The translations under genes were made by a program, and so were the position numbers. From the NCBI GenBank assembly GCA_965153455.1, contig OZ234494.1, positions 10,230,001-10,294,000 of the forward strand: a DNA stretch of 64,000 nucleotides, given 5' to 3'. The notes beneath the pieces are model-generated. The model worked only from the letters and a program-made list of their open reading frames with translations, was not told where the DNA came from and ran no database searches. Below, one piece after another: positions 38,501 through 51,444 of this stretch (position 1 is the stretch's first letter; each line of letters starts with the position of its first letter). The DNA comes from Sphagnum compactum. Its lineage: Eukaryota.

Positions 38501-39763
38501 CCTTGCATGGGGCTGGACTCTGCCTCACATGAGGCCTTCATTCAGGGAATGCCCCACTCCTGGGGCCTCATACTACACATTTTGAAAAGATAGGGATACC
38601 CTCAACCTATGTTAATATTAAAAAACGACTTGCACAAGCTGGGTTCCTGCCTCACAGGGGGCTTGGCTGCTACACCTCACTTGGTGTCTGGCTTTTAGGA
38701 ATGCCCCACACTTGGGACTCACCTCACACTTTCAAAAGACGGGGTCGCTCTGAATCCATGTTATGTGTATGGTAAAGCCCAAGGGTAAGGGCGGTCCCAA
38801 AGTATGAGGCCTAAGACAATAAAGTTATCGGTAAAGTCAGGCGAAGACGGCACCAGAAGCCCCTGTTTGGTCACATAGGGGACGAGATTTCAAAAAACAG
38901 GAAAGAAAAGTACACTGGGCTTCAACAGGGCATGAAACTCAGTTTAGCAGCAAATTTGGTACTAAACTGAGTTTGCCCTGTCCTTTCTTTTCCTGAACGA
39001 GCTGAACCAATCAGTTTCTGCTGCTATGCGTACTGTAGCTACAAATGTTCTCGAGCCTGGTGCATTTAATCCTGAGTCTCAGTATTTCATACTCTTATTT
39101 CATAAAATTTCATGACTTTGCGGACAACAGCCAGGAGGGGATGAAGCATCAAACGAGGGGTGCAACTCAGGCCCAACAGGGCATGACTCTATTGATAATT
39201 CTAACGTGGCAGCTCAGTCTGCCCCCTAGTTTGGGAATGTCCCGGTTCAAAAGATGACTTGCAAAACATAATTAGACCAGTTGGCAATTCTTTTTTAAAA
39301 CCCTAACCCTAATCTTAATCAATTGGAAAGCACCAGCAGAAACTTTCTAGGTTAACTTGGGCACCTTATACAACAGAATTTCTCTTTGACAAAGGGAGGG
39401 TCAGTTTGGAAAGCAAAGGGGGCATTTCGTTGTATAGTCTTTTTGTCCTGTGATATCAGAAGATACCCAGAATTGTGAGGGGTAATGGCCTCTGCTGAAG
39501 CATTATCAGAACAAGGGCCCACGCTAGGCAGGCCCCATTAAAGTAATGCCCACAGCTGAGGGCATTACAAGGCATTAAAAATTTTGACAAATCATTTTCA
39601 TTTTTATTTTTTTACCATGATACCCAGAAGGTGCCTGCTGGGTAACGGGCAGCTTTCCCCAAATAAACGGGCCGCTCCGAGGGCGTTACCCTGAACCCTA
39701 TTCTAACCCTAATGAAGGGAATTGGTTTTGTCGGAGTTTTGTTTCCTCTCGACATTGGCGTCC

Positions 39764-41573
39764 ATGGCTGCTTCTTTGCCCAGCAGGCGGCCGTTGCCAA
39801 TCGGCAGCAGGCCGGTGGATCTGGTGCTTGCTGTGTTTATGCTCATCAACATACCGATAGTGCTGCTGGTGGAGTCCCAGGCGGTTTTTCCGTCCGTCTT
39901 CTTCCCGCAGTCGTTGCTGGACGCCGTGCAATGGTACGTGCACCTGTCCGGAGACTACTTGGTGCGGGACAAACCTCCATTCTTCCGAGGTCTGGTTCTC
40001 GCCGAGCTGGTGTTTCAGCTGCCGCTTCTAGTCGTCAACTCCTACGCATTCATTGCCGGTGCGTCTACCTATCAGTCTATAACTCTGTCTCCTGGTGTCG
40101 ATCTTATTGTGATGCACGGTGGTGAGCTCAGGTGATTTTCTCTTCGGGCTGTTCATCTCTCTTGTTTGTGACAAAAATTGCATAGCATGCAGTGGGAAAG
40201 TAAGGATCGAAATTCCCAGGGAGGGCTAATCTCGCGTTTTTGTGAGATTGGGCTGCAAGATGACCGAAAGAGCTTTGCAGGAAAACATGATTTGGTAGAT
40301 ATTCTCATAAACACTAAGTTTCTGTGGCATATCCAGCTCAGAAATAGAGAGGAAAAATTGCCTTCCTCACAATGTAGGACTTGCGGAAGCCTGCAAATTC
40401 ATGTATTGAAACAACCACCCAAGAATTTGCAGCAAACTATGATTTGGTGGACCTTTGTGTACACCCTAAGTTTCTCTGGCATTTTCAGCTCAGTAACAGC
40501 GAGAAAACGTGGCTTTCTTGCAATGTAAGACTTGCAGATGCTTGCAAATTCATGTATTGGAGCAACCACCCAAGAATTTCAGCTTTGCAGGAAAACATGA
40601 TTTGATAGACATTTGTGTAAACCCTAAGTTTCTGTCGCATGTTTGGCTCAGGAACAGAGAGAAACGTTGGCTTTCTCAGAATGTAGGACTTGCAGATGCT
40701 TGCAAGGTCATGTATGGGAGCAACCACCCAGGAATTTCAGCTTTGCAGGAAAACATGATTTGGTAGATATTTGTGTAAACCCTAAGTTTCTGTGGCATTC
40801 AGCTCAAGGACAGAGAGAAACATTGGCTTTCTCACAATGTAGGACTTGCAGATTCATGTACCGGATCAACCACCCAAGAATTGAAGATTTGATGGTCTAT
40901 ACAGAACCTGGGTGGTATGTCAGAGGCTAGTCTGTTTGGTTATCACACATGCCAAGTACTTGGTTGCTGTTTTTATGATTTAGTTACTCTCTTGTTGCAA
41001 TGTAAGCAGTGCTGAGAACTCAGTTCAACTACCATGAGAGAGTGTAAGTGGTTGGTTTTGATATACACAAAGTAAGAGACAGCCTTTTCTATGCATGAGC
41101 AAAATACAAAATACTGCTTTGTCTACCTCCTGGAGGTGAAGATCAAGTGTGTCATGTGGGGTTTGCATGTGCAGGTAAGGGCTGGGGCCGGATAACAGGC
41201 ATCTTATTAGGAGCACAACTGTTCACAACAATGGTATGCACTGGTTTTCTCGCCTTTTCAAGCACTCCTTGTCAGGACTTTGGAAATGTTTTGAGTTTCA
41301 TCTTGGGTGGAAGGGAGGGTAATGGAGGTGTAATTAGTGTGTAGCTATAATTAGTGTGTAGCTAATATGCTTCAGGTTAAGTGTTGTTGGAGTGGGGTGT
41401 AGGTTCCTATATTTGCAGATCTTCTGGCAACAAATATTCCAACACGCAATCTATTGCTTGGGATCTATTTGCCCTACGTTATCATGCCGGTCATCATACT
41501 AGCGCGACTCATTCCATCAGAACACCCATTTTCAGAACCTGCTGACAGCTTGAATGGAAAGAAAGGAGATTGA
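39764..41573 (+). CDS. TMEM97: TMEM97 / sigma-2-receptor-like EXPERA-domain membrane protein, 174 aa
   Basis: Exons 39764-40058, 41175-41233 and 41403-41573 (GT-AG, phases 1 and 0). Four hydrophobic segments; motifs WYVHLSGDYLV, PPFFRGLVLAELVFQLP and IYLPY; C-terminal KKxx ER-retrieval signal (KKGD*). Confidence 0.9.
40270..40882. repeat. Intronic tandem repeat, ~158-bp unit x~4, in TMEM97-like intron 1
   Basis: gctttgcaggaaaacatgattt.g.aga.att...aaccctaagtttct.tggcat...aatgtaggacttgc...caaccacccaagaatt at ~40272, ~40428, 40582 and 40740. Confidence 0.9.
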
Positions 41574-41620
41574 TGACCAATTTGGACCTGCTTGACAACC
41601 AATGTATCTTTCAGTCATCA

Positions 41621-42236
41621 TGAGGTTATGACTGCACTCATTGTCGTGTTACCTTTAATTGTTGTTGTGGAGATTTCTCTGCAACTTCATCGATCTTTTT
41701 TCTAGTGGCTTTAGCGGATGTTCTGCATCCAAGTAGTCACCATTGGTGTGCTTAAAGGATATGTTCAGGGTGCAGGAGGCCCCAACCACTACCCTATATA
41801 TAGGCCTCTATGTCCTTTAGGCATAGATGCTTGCATATACAGGGACATGCTAAAATGAAATAAAAGCTCTTTCCTTCAGAAGCTTGTTGCAGCTTGAATG
41901 AGGATACTGTTGACTTTTTTGATTAGCAATGTCTCTTGAGTGCTAGCCAACATCACGTCTGAGTCTTCCCATTGCTTCCGGAAATGCAACAGAAACTCAG
42001 GACGCAGATTGTGTATAATGGTTTGCCCAAGTTTTTTGGGAAGATTATTATATGCTTATCTACACCCACTGTTGGGAGCTGATGAACTCAGTGGGTAGTC
42101 ATGGCAGCTCGTCACTGCCGTTCGTGATGAAGGTGATGGTCTGTCACTTTGTGAGCGACTCTCATGAGGTTATGACTGCACTCATTGTCGTGTTACCTTT
42201 AATTGTTGTTGTGGAGATTTCTCTGCAACTTCATCG
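41621..42236 (+). mobile_element. Non-coding SINE/Penelope-like retroposed element with ~72-bp terminal direct repeat and 15-bp TSD
   Basis: ATCTTTCAGTCATCA at 41606-41620 and 42237-42251. The first ~72 bp are repeated at the other end (period ~545 bp). A second, truncated copy lies at 51136-51444. Strand is inferred from the shared right end. Confidence 0.7.
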
Positions 42237-45200
42237 ATCTTTCAGTCATCAAGATACGATGACCTTCACATTGAAAATTTTATTTATCTGTTGTGAACAT
42301 TTGTGGGGTTTCCCAGTGCGTGAATTGACATTTATGTTAATTTACAAAGTGTTTTTTGTTTGAGAATTGTGATGAGTGCTTAAATTAGCACCTTCACCTT
42401 GAAATTCAATTGAAATTCTTATGTTGTAAACAGTCAGGTCTTCTCCAGATGATGGTGACATCTATGTCAATTTACAAAAGCATTTCTCAAGATTGTTATC
42501 AATAATTCAGGTAATTCTTATCTGTTTCAAGATCCTCAATTTCCCCGCTATTAGTTAAGGCCTCAGCTGTTCTGTTTTTGTCCAATCTTAGATTACGGTG
42601 ACAGCTTTGTTGAGAAGGAGAAAGTTTTTGAGATTGTTGTCTTGACCTAAATTTCCAGGGTGGGTGATGATAGCTTTTGGGAATCAGAAGAAAACTGGTG
42701 CTTCGGAGTTATTGACTTAACAGTTGTAATTTCTCCTGTCAAGTTGCTTCCATTTGCTACTGGAAACTATGAGTTTAATTTGCAAAACAGTACATGCCAT
42801 AAACCCACCAACTCCATCCCAATGCTTTATTGGTAGTATGGGAAGAAATAACCCAACACCAAAGAAGCCAGTTAGTCCACAATCTGAAGAACCTCAGCTG
42901 AAGGAAATGGTGAGGACCAAACATGTAGCAACATTCACTATGCTGCACCATGTGTAGTTCTCTGGGTGAATACATAGAAGAGGCAAACAGTAGTCTAGTT
43001 TCCTAAATGAAGTTTGTGATCATCCCTCCAAAATTAGATAGGACTTTCTGCCAGTGTTGTCTGGTTCTGGGGTGCACGCCAGTTCTAACTTCTAAGTTCC
43101 CCAGATCACAAATTCTAAATTTTGGCAAAAAACACTGGAAATGGACCAAGAAGTGGCCTCATGCTAGGATCAGAATCAATCTCCAAATTTTTTTTATCTA
43201 GGTTCTGTGTACCTTGCACTCAAGTATTTTTGTTGGCCCCTGCCCCCACATTGACAGGGACTACCGCATTCGATCCAACTGGTTTCACATTACATGAACC
43301 GGTTTCTTTGGTGAAAGTGTTTAGACTGTTTAAATTGGAACAGATGTTTTTTGGTGTTGAGAGTGTGGACACAGTAGGTAGATGTACAACATCTTATTTA
43401 TTGGCAGGGCCAACATGTTTGTGACGCCCTGTTTTCTATGCATGCAGATTATTACTTTTCCAAAAAGGTTGCAGCTAGTTGTACTGCTGACTCTGGCTCA
43501 CATGACTACTTTTTTTTTGTTGTAGAGAAATGATGCTTACAAAATCTTCAGTGTTGGGTGTGTAAGTACGCAGAACTGGATCTGGTTTCGAATTGGACCG
43601 ACTTTGGGTTCTTATTTTGAAGAACTGGAAACTGAAAGTTCATGGATGTGAAGAACCAAGTTTGGAACTGGACTGTAGATTCCATCAAATTAAAAGACTT
43701 AGGTGGGGTCCCAATGGAAATTGAAACCAAAGGTTCTATCAAATTACAAAAGTAGATGGAATCAAGACTGAAGGCTCACTTCAAGAGCTACAACTGGACA
43801 ACACTGCTTTCTACTTTCGACGTCTAGAATTGAGGCTCGAATGGCATCACCACAGCTTTGTCACCAGCCCAAGCAGTACTGCTGTCGTAGATCTCCTGCT
43901 CTCTATCTAACAACGATTTGTGAACGTGCATCTATTAAATACTTAACACCTATAACTTTTCACAATACACTTTGCAACTTAATTTGACAAAATTCTTAAC
44001 CAGACATATACATGCTCAAAATTACGACATGATAAGCTTTCAACAAACTTTATAGTGGGTCAAGTTCATACCTGCCAGAGATGATGAAGCACTCATTCTT
44101 TGTCCCATCCACTGGCAGTGGTTGAAGTGGAATTGTTGTACTAGCAGCAATGTGCCCCACCCTTTTTTGTATACTATCTGTGGTAATCACTCAAACTCTC
44201 ACAAGTACCATAATATTTGGACTACAGGTAAGTTCTGGCAAGAGTGCATGTTACCGGGAATAGTTGAGGCACTTGAGTGCCAAGAATTTTAAAGTAACTA
44301 TTTGTATGAGCGCTTGAGCTGGTTACCAGACAACCCAATCTATGGGAGCACTGAGCTTATGGGTTATGGGACACAGAAGGGGATGAATTATGAGGTTCAG
44401 CTAACTAGTGACCAAGAACATGCAAAAGAGTTATAAGATATGAAAATGTCAGATGGCAGCAGGATATGTGATATGACTGGGGAGCTCTTGTCCAACATGG
44501 TGTACTGTCACTTTAGCAAGACTCCCCCAACAATCATTTATGAAAACATATCTATGCGGTTGTTCAATTTACCTTGTTTCATTATTCCAACACAACATAC
44601 CCAAATGATCTTATGTGTACAATGTTAGACAGGATCTGCATTAGGCCTGTATACATACTCATAATACAACTGCAAGTACCATAGAAGTCCATAGGGCACT
44701 CACAAATTCAGTGTGGAAAGGGTCCATAACTCAATAAACTTCAGTAATGCAAGAATCTAGCTAGCCCCCATATTTTAGATCCGCTCACTTTTGTTACCTC
44801 TTTGTAATCTGAACAAGGTATTCTTCTCAACAATTCTTGTTTGCTCTAACCCACTGTGCCCATTTTTAATGGACACTTTGTATTACAAAGTATTATGATC
44901 AGGTTACTTGTGGGTCTTTGCATAGAACCATAAATACCAAATCATAGGAAGCAGTCAAGAATCAGCTATTTAGCTTGTGTGACTACCAACTAAGACTAAT
45001 AAGTGCATAGCCAATTAGCTTGTGTAACTATAAACTATGACAATTGGGTGCTTGGTTGAACAGCCTAATCTACTCTGCATATTTAGATAGTCAAGTAGTG
45101 AACTGGCTATGAGGTACCAGCTCCAACAATTTCTAACTAGGGTGTTATTAGTTAAAGGTTAGAGTAGTTATGAATAAAATAATTATGTTTTCTCCTAGCC

Positions 45201-46429
45201 ATGGTTTGAATAGTTATGTTATGTGTTATTCATGATTTGTTTTGCACATACTCCAGCCAAAGTTTTATCAAATTAAAATTTTGATGAAACATTGATCAAA
45301 CTATGATGTGAAATGATGCTTTTATCTAACAATAATTTAGATATGTATTATTTATTAATTAATATTTAATCGTTAAAAATTAACTTAAATAGTTCATTAT
45401 TAAATATTAAAGATTGAATATGAATGTTTTAATTTATTAATAGTTGAATAACAATTACAAAATAGTGCAAAAGTAGTATATTTATAATGACAACATAATG
45501 ATAACATAGTGACATAATTAGTTTAATAAATGGAATTGAATAGTTGATTGGTTGAAAAATGTCATATCCAATGGGTGGTGGAAATGTGCACGCGTGGTTT
45601 GATTGTATGTGTCAATGCCATACACTAGTTACAACATAGTTATTGATTGAGTGCTACATTTACATTAATTGTCACTCACAATTAAAGTGCAACTTGTTAA
45701 AAAATCAAATATGATTGATTACATCTATACGTATGATGTGTACATTACATTGTATAGGTGTTGCATTTGCAACTAGAGTTACAACTAGAGTATAACTCTT
45801 TGATTTTCTAATGTGACATTTTAGTTATTAATTATTCATGTTTTCATGTTCTAGTTCTAATGTAGTTGTATATTAATTATTTTGAAGCTTTGGTTGCAAA
45901 GTAGTGTGGTTCCGGTGGACATGCTTTTTCTTAATGCTTGAATTTCATAATATAAGTGAAAGTTCACAAACCTAATAAACTTTCGGACCCATTGTCATCC
46001 AAACATAGCCATAGGATTAGTTTCCTTAAATTTGGATCTTTCAACAACCTTTCCATGTCGAAAAAACAAGTGAGCAATCTAACCAAGCTTCATGGCCATG
46101 TCGTGTGAAATGGTTCGTTGACAAAATAACTATAACTATTTGATCATCGTCCATCAACAACAACAATCAAAATAACTCCAAGGATTTGTTTAGCTCTTCA
46201 TCTAGCTCCACATTATCATAATCCAATACCTTCACCATCACCTTAATGCACTGGGGAATAGATCAACACCTAATGTTTGTTGCTTGGATATCAACCTCAT
46301 GGCTTCATTAAGTGGCAAAAATATGATAGATGGGCTTCCATTGAAAAAATTATATGCATAGAATTAGTATAAAAATGATTGGTTTTTTTTTTTCTTTCTT
46401 TTTTGCATTAGGGTAAATTCATTTGGGTC

Positions 46430-49400
46430 AATGGGTTTAGGCTAGTAGGTAAAAATCAATGACTCAACCGCATGCAAAAGGCTTTGAGTGTCGAAGGTGC
46501 AATCGCCAATTTTGGAAGGGATGAATGCATTTATCATCAAACACTATGTGAAATTCATCAACAAGAGCAATAAATAAGAACCAAAACTCTTGAAGAAGCC
46601 TTGACAATTAAAAAACAAAATGAAGAAATTTTAGAAAGCTATAATTTCAAAGCTTCACACAATCACAATGTACCAATACCCATCCCAATGATGCTAGCGA
46701 TGAAAACCGAAAACCCAACCAACAAGTTGGAGTTGATGATTAAGCAATTCATCAAGGAGATGAACCAATTAAATGTTAATTTGGTCCAAACTTGAAAGCC
46801 TTGTCCTTTTAAGCTTAGAGATTCATCTTCCATCACTTGTTACATTGTAACAAACAAGGGAATTACGCGAAGGATTGTGTGAAGAGAGGTTCAGTGTCTC
46901 GAGGAAACCCTTCACCAAAAAACTTACTACCTTCTTCCCTTCATTAATAACATTTTAAGCAAAATTGTTGAGCATGAAATGTATAGCTTTGGGGATGGTT
47001 ATAGTGGTTACAATCAAATCAAAATTACAAAAGAAGAGATCTTAAAGATAACTTTTACCACTACATGGGGTACATTTGTTTACATAGTAATGTCATTCGA
47101 GTTATGTAATGCCCTTGGAACCTTCTAAATGTTCATGAACAAAATGTTGGAATGTTACATTGGACTTTTTGTTTGACTGTTTTTAAACAACTTTTGTATG
47201 TACATGAGGTGACAAACTCATTTACAAGATCTCAAAAGTATGTTTGATCGGTTGGTGATGGTCAATGCCTTTTCGAATAAAAAAATATGTCGATTTGAAT
47301 TCACATAATGGATTTTGCTTGGACATATTCATACAAACCTTGCCAAAATTAAAAAAATGAAGAATCTCCCATTTCCCAAAACAAAAAAATAATTGTAGGC
47401 ATTTTTGGAACAAGTGGGCTATTACCGAAGGTACATCAAAAGTTATGCATCTCAAGCATATCATTTCACAATTTTTTCCAGATATGGAATGTAAATTGTG
47501 AAAGGTGATTGAAGCATTTGAAAAGTTGAAGGAATTGTTGTCAAACACCCCAATTTTGATGGCACCAAAATGATACGAATCATTTTAGTTGTATCGTTAA
47601 AAGAATAATGTCAATTTGCAACTATAACAAGTTGTAATGAACATATGCAACTAAAAATTCATTAATTGCATAAGTGAAGCCACATGCAATGTCTAATCAC
47701 AAATGATCATTCATCATGATGTAAGCATATTATATGAATGATGTATATGGTCAACATATATGGTCTCATCCATTGACCATTCGTATATAATTTACAATTA
47801 ATTTTCATTTTTGCAATTCAAATAGCCCACTCACATTTTGACACTTGGTGGAATCAAAATTTGCCACTTGCATAATCAAAACATGCCATGTGACATTGAA
47901 AAAATCAAAATAAAAATTCAATTTAAGTATGTAAATGAGTAGGTAGGTAAGTAGATAGGTGGGTGGGTGGTAAATGGATAGGTAGGTAAGTAGATGGGTG
48001 GGTGGGTGGTAAGTGAATAGGTAGGTAAGTATGTAGGTACATTGATAGGTAGGGATTAGATAGGTAGGTAGATTTTTTAATTTAATTTAATTTTTAACCT
48101 TTAGAATAAATCCTTTTTATTGGCTCATCTCACATTATGTCATGTTATTTTCAATGTTATTTGTGTGTTTTTAATGTTTCAAATGCATCTTGTTATATAG
48201 TATATAAGATTGAAATGAAAAATATATATATGGGATAGATTTTATAATTGCAACCTAGTCACAAACTAATTTGCGATTACAAAAATTATCCCATATCTTT
48301 TGTCTTTTCTTTCCAATGTTGTAAATTATAGAACTAAATAATAAATTAATAATGAATTATTTGCCACTAATGATTATCAAATAAGTAAAAGATAATAATA
48401 AAATTATCAAATTTATTACAATAACTAATTTATTTATAATTTATTATTATTATAACATGTTAAATATAATATATAATTAATAATTTTTACTTTTATTTTA
48501 TTATGTGCGTAATTGTTTTGCCAAATAATTAACCTAACTTTGTACGCAAGTATATACTACTTACCTACCTATTCATGTACCTATTTGTTTAACTATTTGC
48601 TTAATCCACCTAGCCCATTTATAATATATTTAAAATGTATATTTAACATCTCATGAATGTAATATAATCTATAGATATATTCAAATATATATTGTAAAAC
48701 ATCATAATGCACACAAAAATATATAGGTACAACAAATTAGGTAACCAAGTTACAACTATTTTTGCAACTAATTTGACTTAGAAGGCTATTTTTGGATGAA
48801 AAGTTCAAAAAGTTAGTCAACATGAAAAGATGAAAAACTTAATAATTGTAAATTAATATCATCATAGTCGCAATAATAGTAATAGATTGAAAAGGACGAT
48901 GAGTGGTTGTAAAAATGATAAAACATAGTTACAAATGATAATTAGTCACATATAAGCACAAATTGAATGGTTGTATGACACAAGATTTGTTTTAGTGTAT
49001 GTGAATGCTTCCAACATTATAGTAGGAGCAACATTTTCAAAGTTGGATAACAAAGGATAAGATTATCCCATTAATTATGTGAGTCGACAACTCATTCTGA
49101 CTAAACAAAATTATGCTATCAACGAACAAAACCTTTAGTAATCATCTTTTCAATGAAAAAAATTTGACATTACATTTTAGAAAAAAATTCACCATTGTCA
49201 TTGATCATTAAATTTTCAAGTGTTTATTTTTGAAACCTAACCCTACAAGAAAAATTATATGATGCATTTTGTTGTTTCAAGAGTATGAATTCATCATCAA
49301 GGACTGCCCCCAAAAAAAACCATGAAAATGTGGATGCATTATTTTGAGCCCACGAAGAGGTGGGAAACAATTAAAAAGATCACAATTTTTCCTAATGTAA

Positions 49401-50570
49401 AATTATTTACCTTGATGCAAAACTTAATGAATGAACTTTATTGAATTCATAAATAAAAAAACATTAATGAATTCACTAAATTTTTTTATGTTACTCAAAA
49501 TGAGAACCACAAAATACTAAATATTTTAACATATTGAAAGACATCATTTAAATTTTCAAAATAGAAATTTATTAAATTTTTTAATGAATAACTCTTGGTT
49601 GGAAAAACAACTTTTGATAGGTAAATCAATATACATGAAAACATCATCATGGATTAGGTAACAATCATTATTTGAATTTTTATCATGAACATAATGAGAA
49701 ATAATGAATATATCATGTTTGAAATATTTTAATCACTTACTTTAATTAATACTAAATCTTATATTAAGTGTCACATACAAAATTAAGTATATTATATCCC
49801 TCAAAAAATTATAAATATACTAATTATTAAATATATCATATAATTTATTGATCATAATCGATTAACACTTAATAAAATTATGTTAAAAGGTTATAATAAA
49901 TAATACATAATTTTATACATTTAAAATATGGACAAAATACTTGTTATAAAATGTTATCCAATATTGAAATATTAATCTCAACGATGCAAAGAAACCTTAA
50001 TGAATTATTTTACATAAAAACTTTCAATGTATTTGAAACATGTATAAAATGCATTCGTTTTTCAAATAAATTAATAACTTATGATCAAGGATAATGGCGT
50101 ATTCATACAAAACGTCTAATGTTCATTAAATCATGTTTTTGAATGTCATTGTTTCAAGGTTTGTAAACCTTGATGAAAATCTTATCAGTGAACCCAATAA
50201 AACCTTAAAACTTCTAAGATATGCATATGAAAGCTAATTCACCTCTCAACGATAAATGATTAAATTTCATCATTAAAGACATTGATAATACAAGACGAAC
50301 AAAAATTATTTTATCACACTTTTGCTTCACTTTCATACAAAAGCATTATAGATAATAATTTTGTCACGTTCCATGTATAAGATGACATTAAAGAATTAAT
50401 GCTTTGGGTTCAACTTATATAGATGCTTAATCAAAATGTGAACTTCATCAATGAAGCTCATGTTGACCCCTAACTTTTTCAAATATTGTAAAAACAAAAT
50501 TTGTTAAAATCTTAAACAAATTTGAACTTGTTCGTTAATGGCAACATGTTGTGGACATTCACATTCTAAT
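46430..50570 (+). mobile_element. Highly degenerate Ty3/Gypsy LTR-retrotransposon internal region
   Basis: Zinc-knuckle remnant CY.CNKQGNYAKDC (~46835-46880); RT HEMYSFGDGYSGYNQIKI...TFTTTWGTFVYIVMSFELCNALGTF (46973-47125); RNase H LY|VNASNIIVGATF...PINYVSRQL...QNY (47590/48998-49120). RT-before-RNase H order fits. LTRs not identified; ends approximate. Confidence 0.8.
47595..48997. mobile_element. Non-autonomous CACTA-type element nested in the Gypsy RNase H
   Basis: Right end ...TTTTAGTG (reverse complement CACTAAAA); left end degenerate CGTTAAAA. 3-bp TSD TAT at 47592-47594 and 48998-49000. Removing it restores LYVNAS. Contains gcaact repeats and a GGTA microsatellite. Confidence 0.75.
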
Positions 50571-51135
50571 AATCAATTGATTGTTCAACACTCACCTCTA
50601 GTCCAAAGGAGTTGTAGAAGTTCATGACTCTGACTCTGACGAAGAAGAGAGTGCAAGCCCAGCAGGCTGAAGAATGCTTACTTTTGTGTCCCTCTGTTAA
50701 GGCACCTAATCAAATAAGTTTGTTAAACTTAGCGTGGAGTTTCACATTCAGTACATATCCTAAAGAGCAAATAGTTAATCACCCGGTAGGTCTCATTGCT
50801 AGCTTCTTGATTTTGCAAGTCTCCTCTTGATTTGCTTAAGATCAGGATAGGCAGTATGCTCAGAAGTTAATTTAATTTGCTGGCCAACTGAAATGGAAGT
50901 CTCATCATACTTGGCTTTAGATCGGGATAGGCAGGGTGCTCAGAAGTTTACATAACTTTATGTAATGTGCTGGCCAAATGAAATTCCTATTTCCCCTCAG
51001 AAATCACATTGTGCACTACTCAAATTTGTGTGGTTAAAATGTTGTAATTGATTTTCTGCATAGCGCTTATATGTATTAGTCTGTGGATACACAATCGCAT
51101 GTATTATGGCACATCATGTTAATTTGCATGTATTT

Positions 51136-51444
51136 TAGCAATGTCTCTTGAGTGCTAGCCAACATCACGTCTGAGTCTTCCCATTGCTTCTGGAAAGGCA
51201 ACAGAAACTCAGGACGCAGATTGTGTATAATGGTTTGCCCAAGTTTAAGATTATTATATGCTTATCTACACCCACTGTTTGGGAGCTGATGAACTCAGTG
51301 GGTAGTCATGGCAGCTCGTCACTGCCGTTCGTGATGAAGGTGATGGTCTGTCACTGTGTGAGCGACTCTCATGAGGCTATGACTGCACTCATTGTCGTGT
51401 TACCTTTAATTGTTGTGGAGATTTCTCTGCAACTTCATCGATCT
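51136..51444 (+). mobile_element. Truncated second copy (309 bp) of the structured non-coding element, with 17-bp TSD
   Basis: Nearly identical to 41924-42240. TTAATTTGCATGTATTT flanks it at 51119-51135 and 51445-51461. Confidence 0.8.

Noticed and set aside
42052-42363. 103-aa ORFs shared by 42052-42363 and 51184-51495
   Set aside because: They share only the repeat-derived middle, differ at both ends and run across the TSDs; no protein family recognised.
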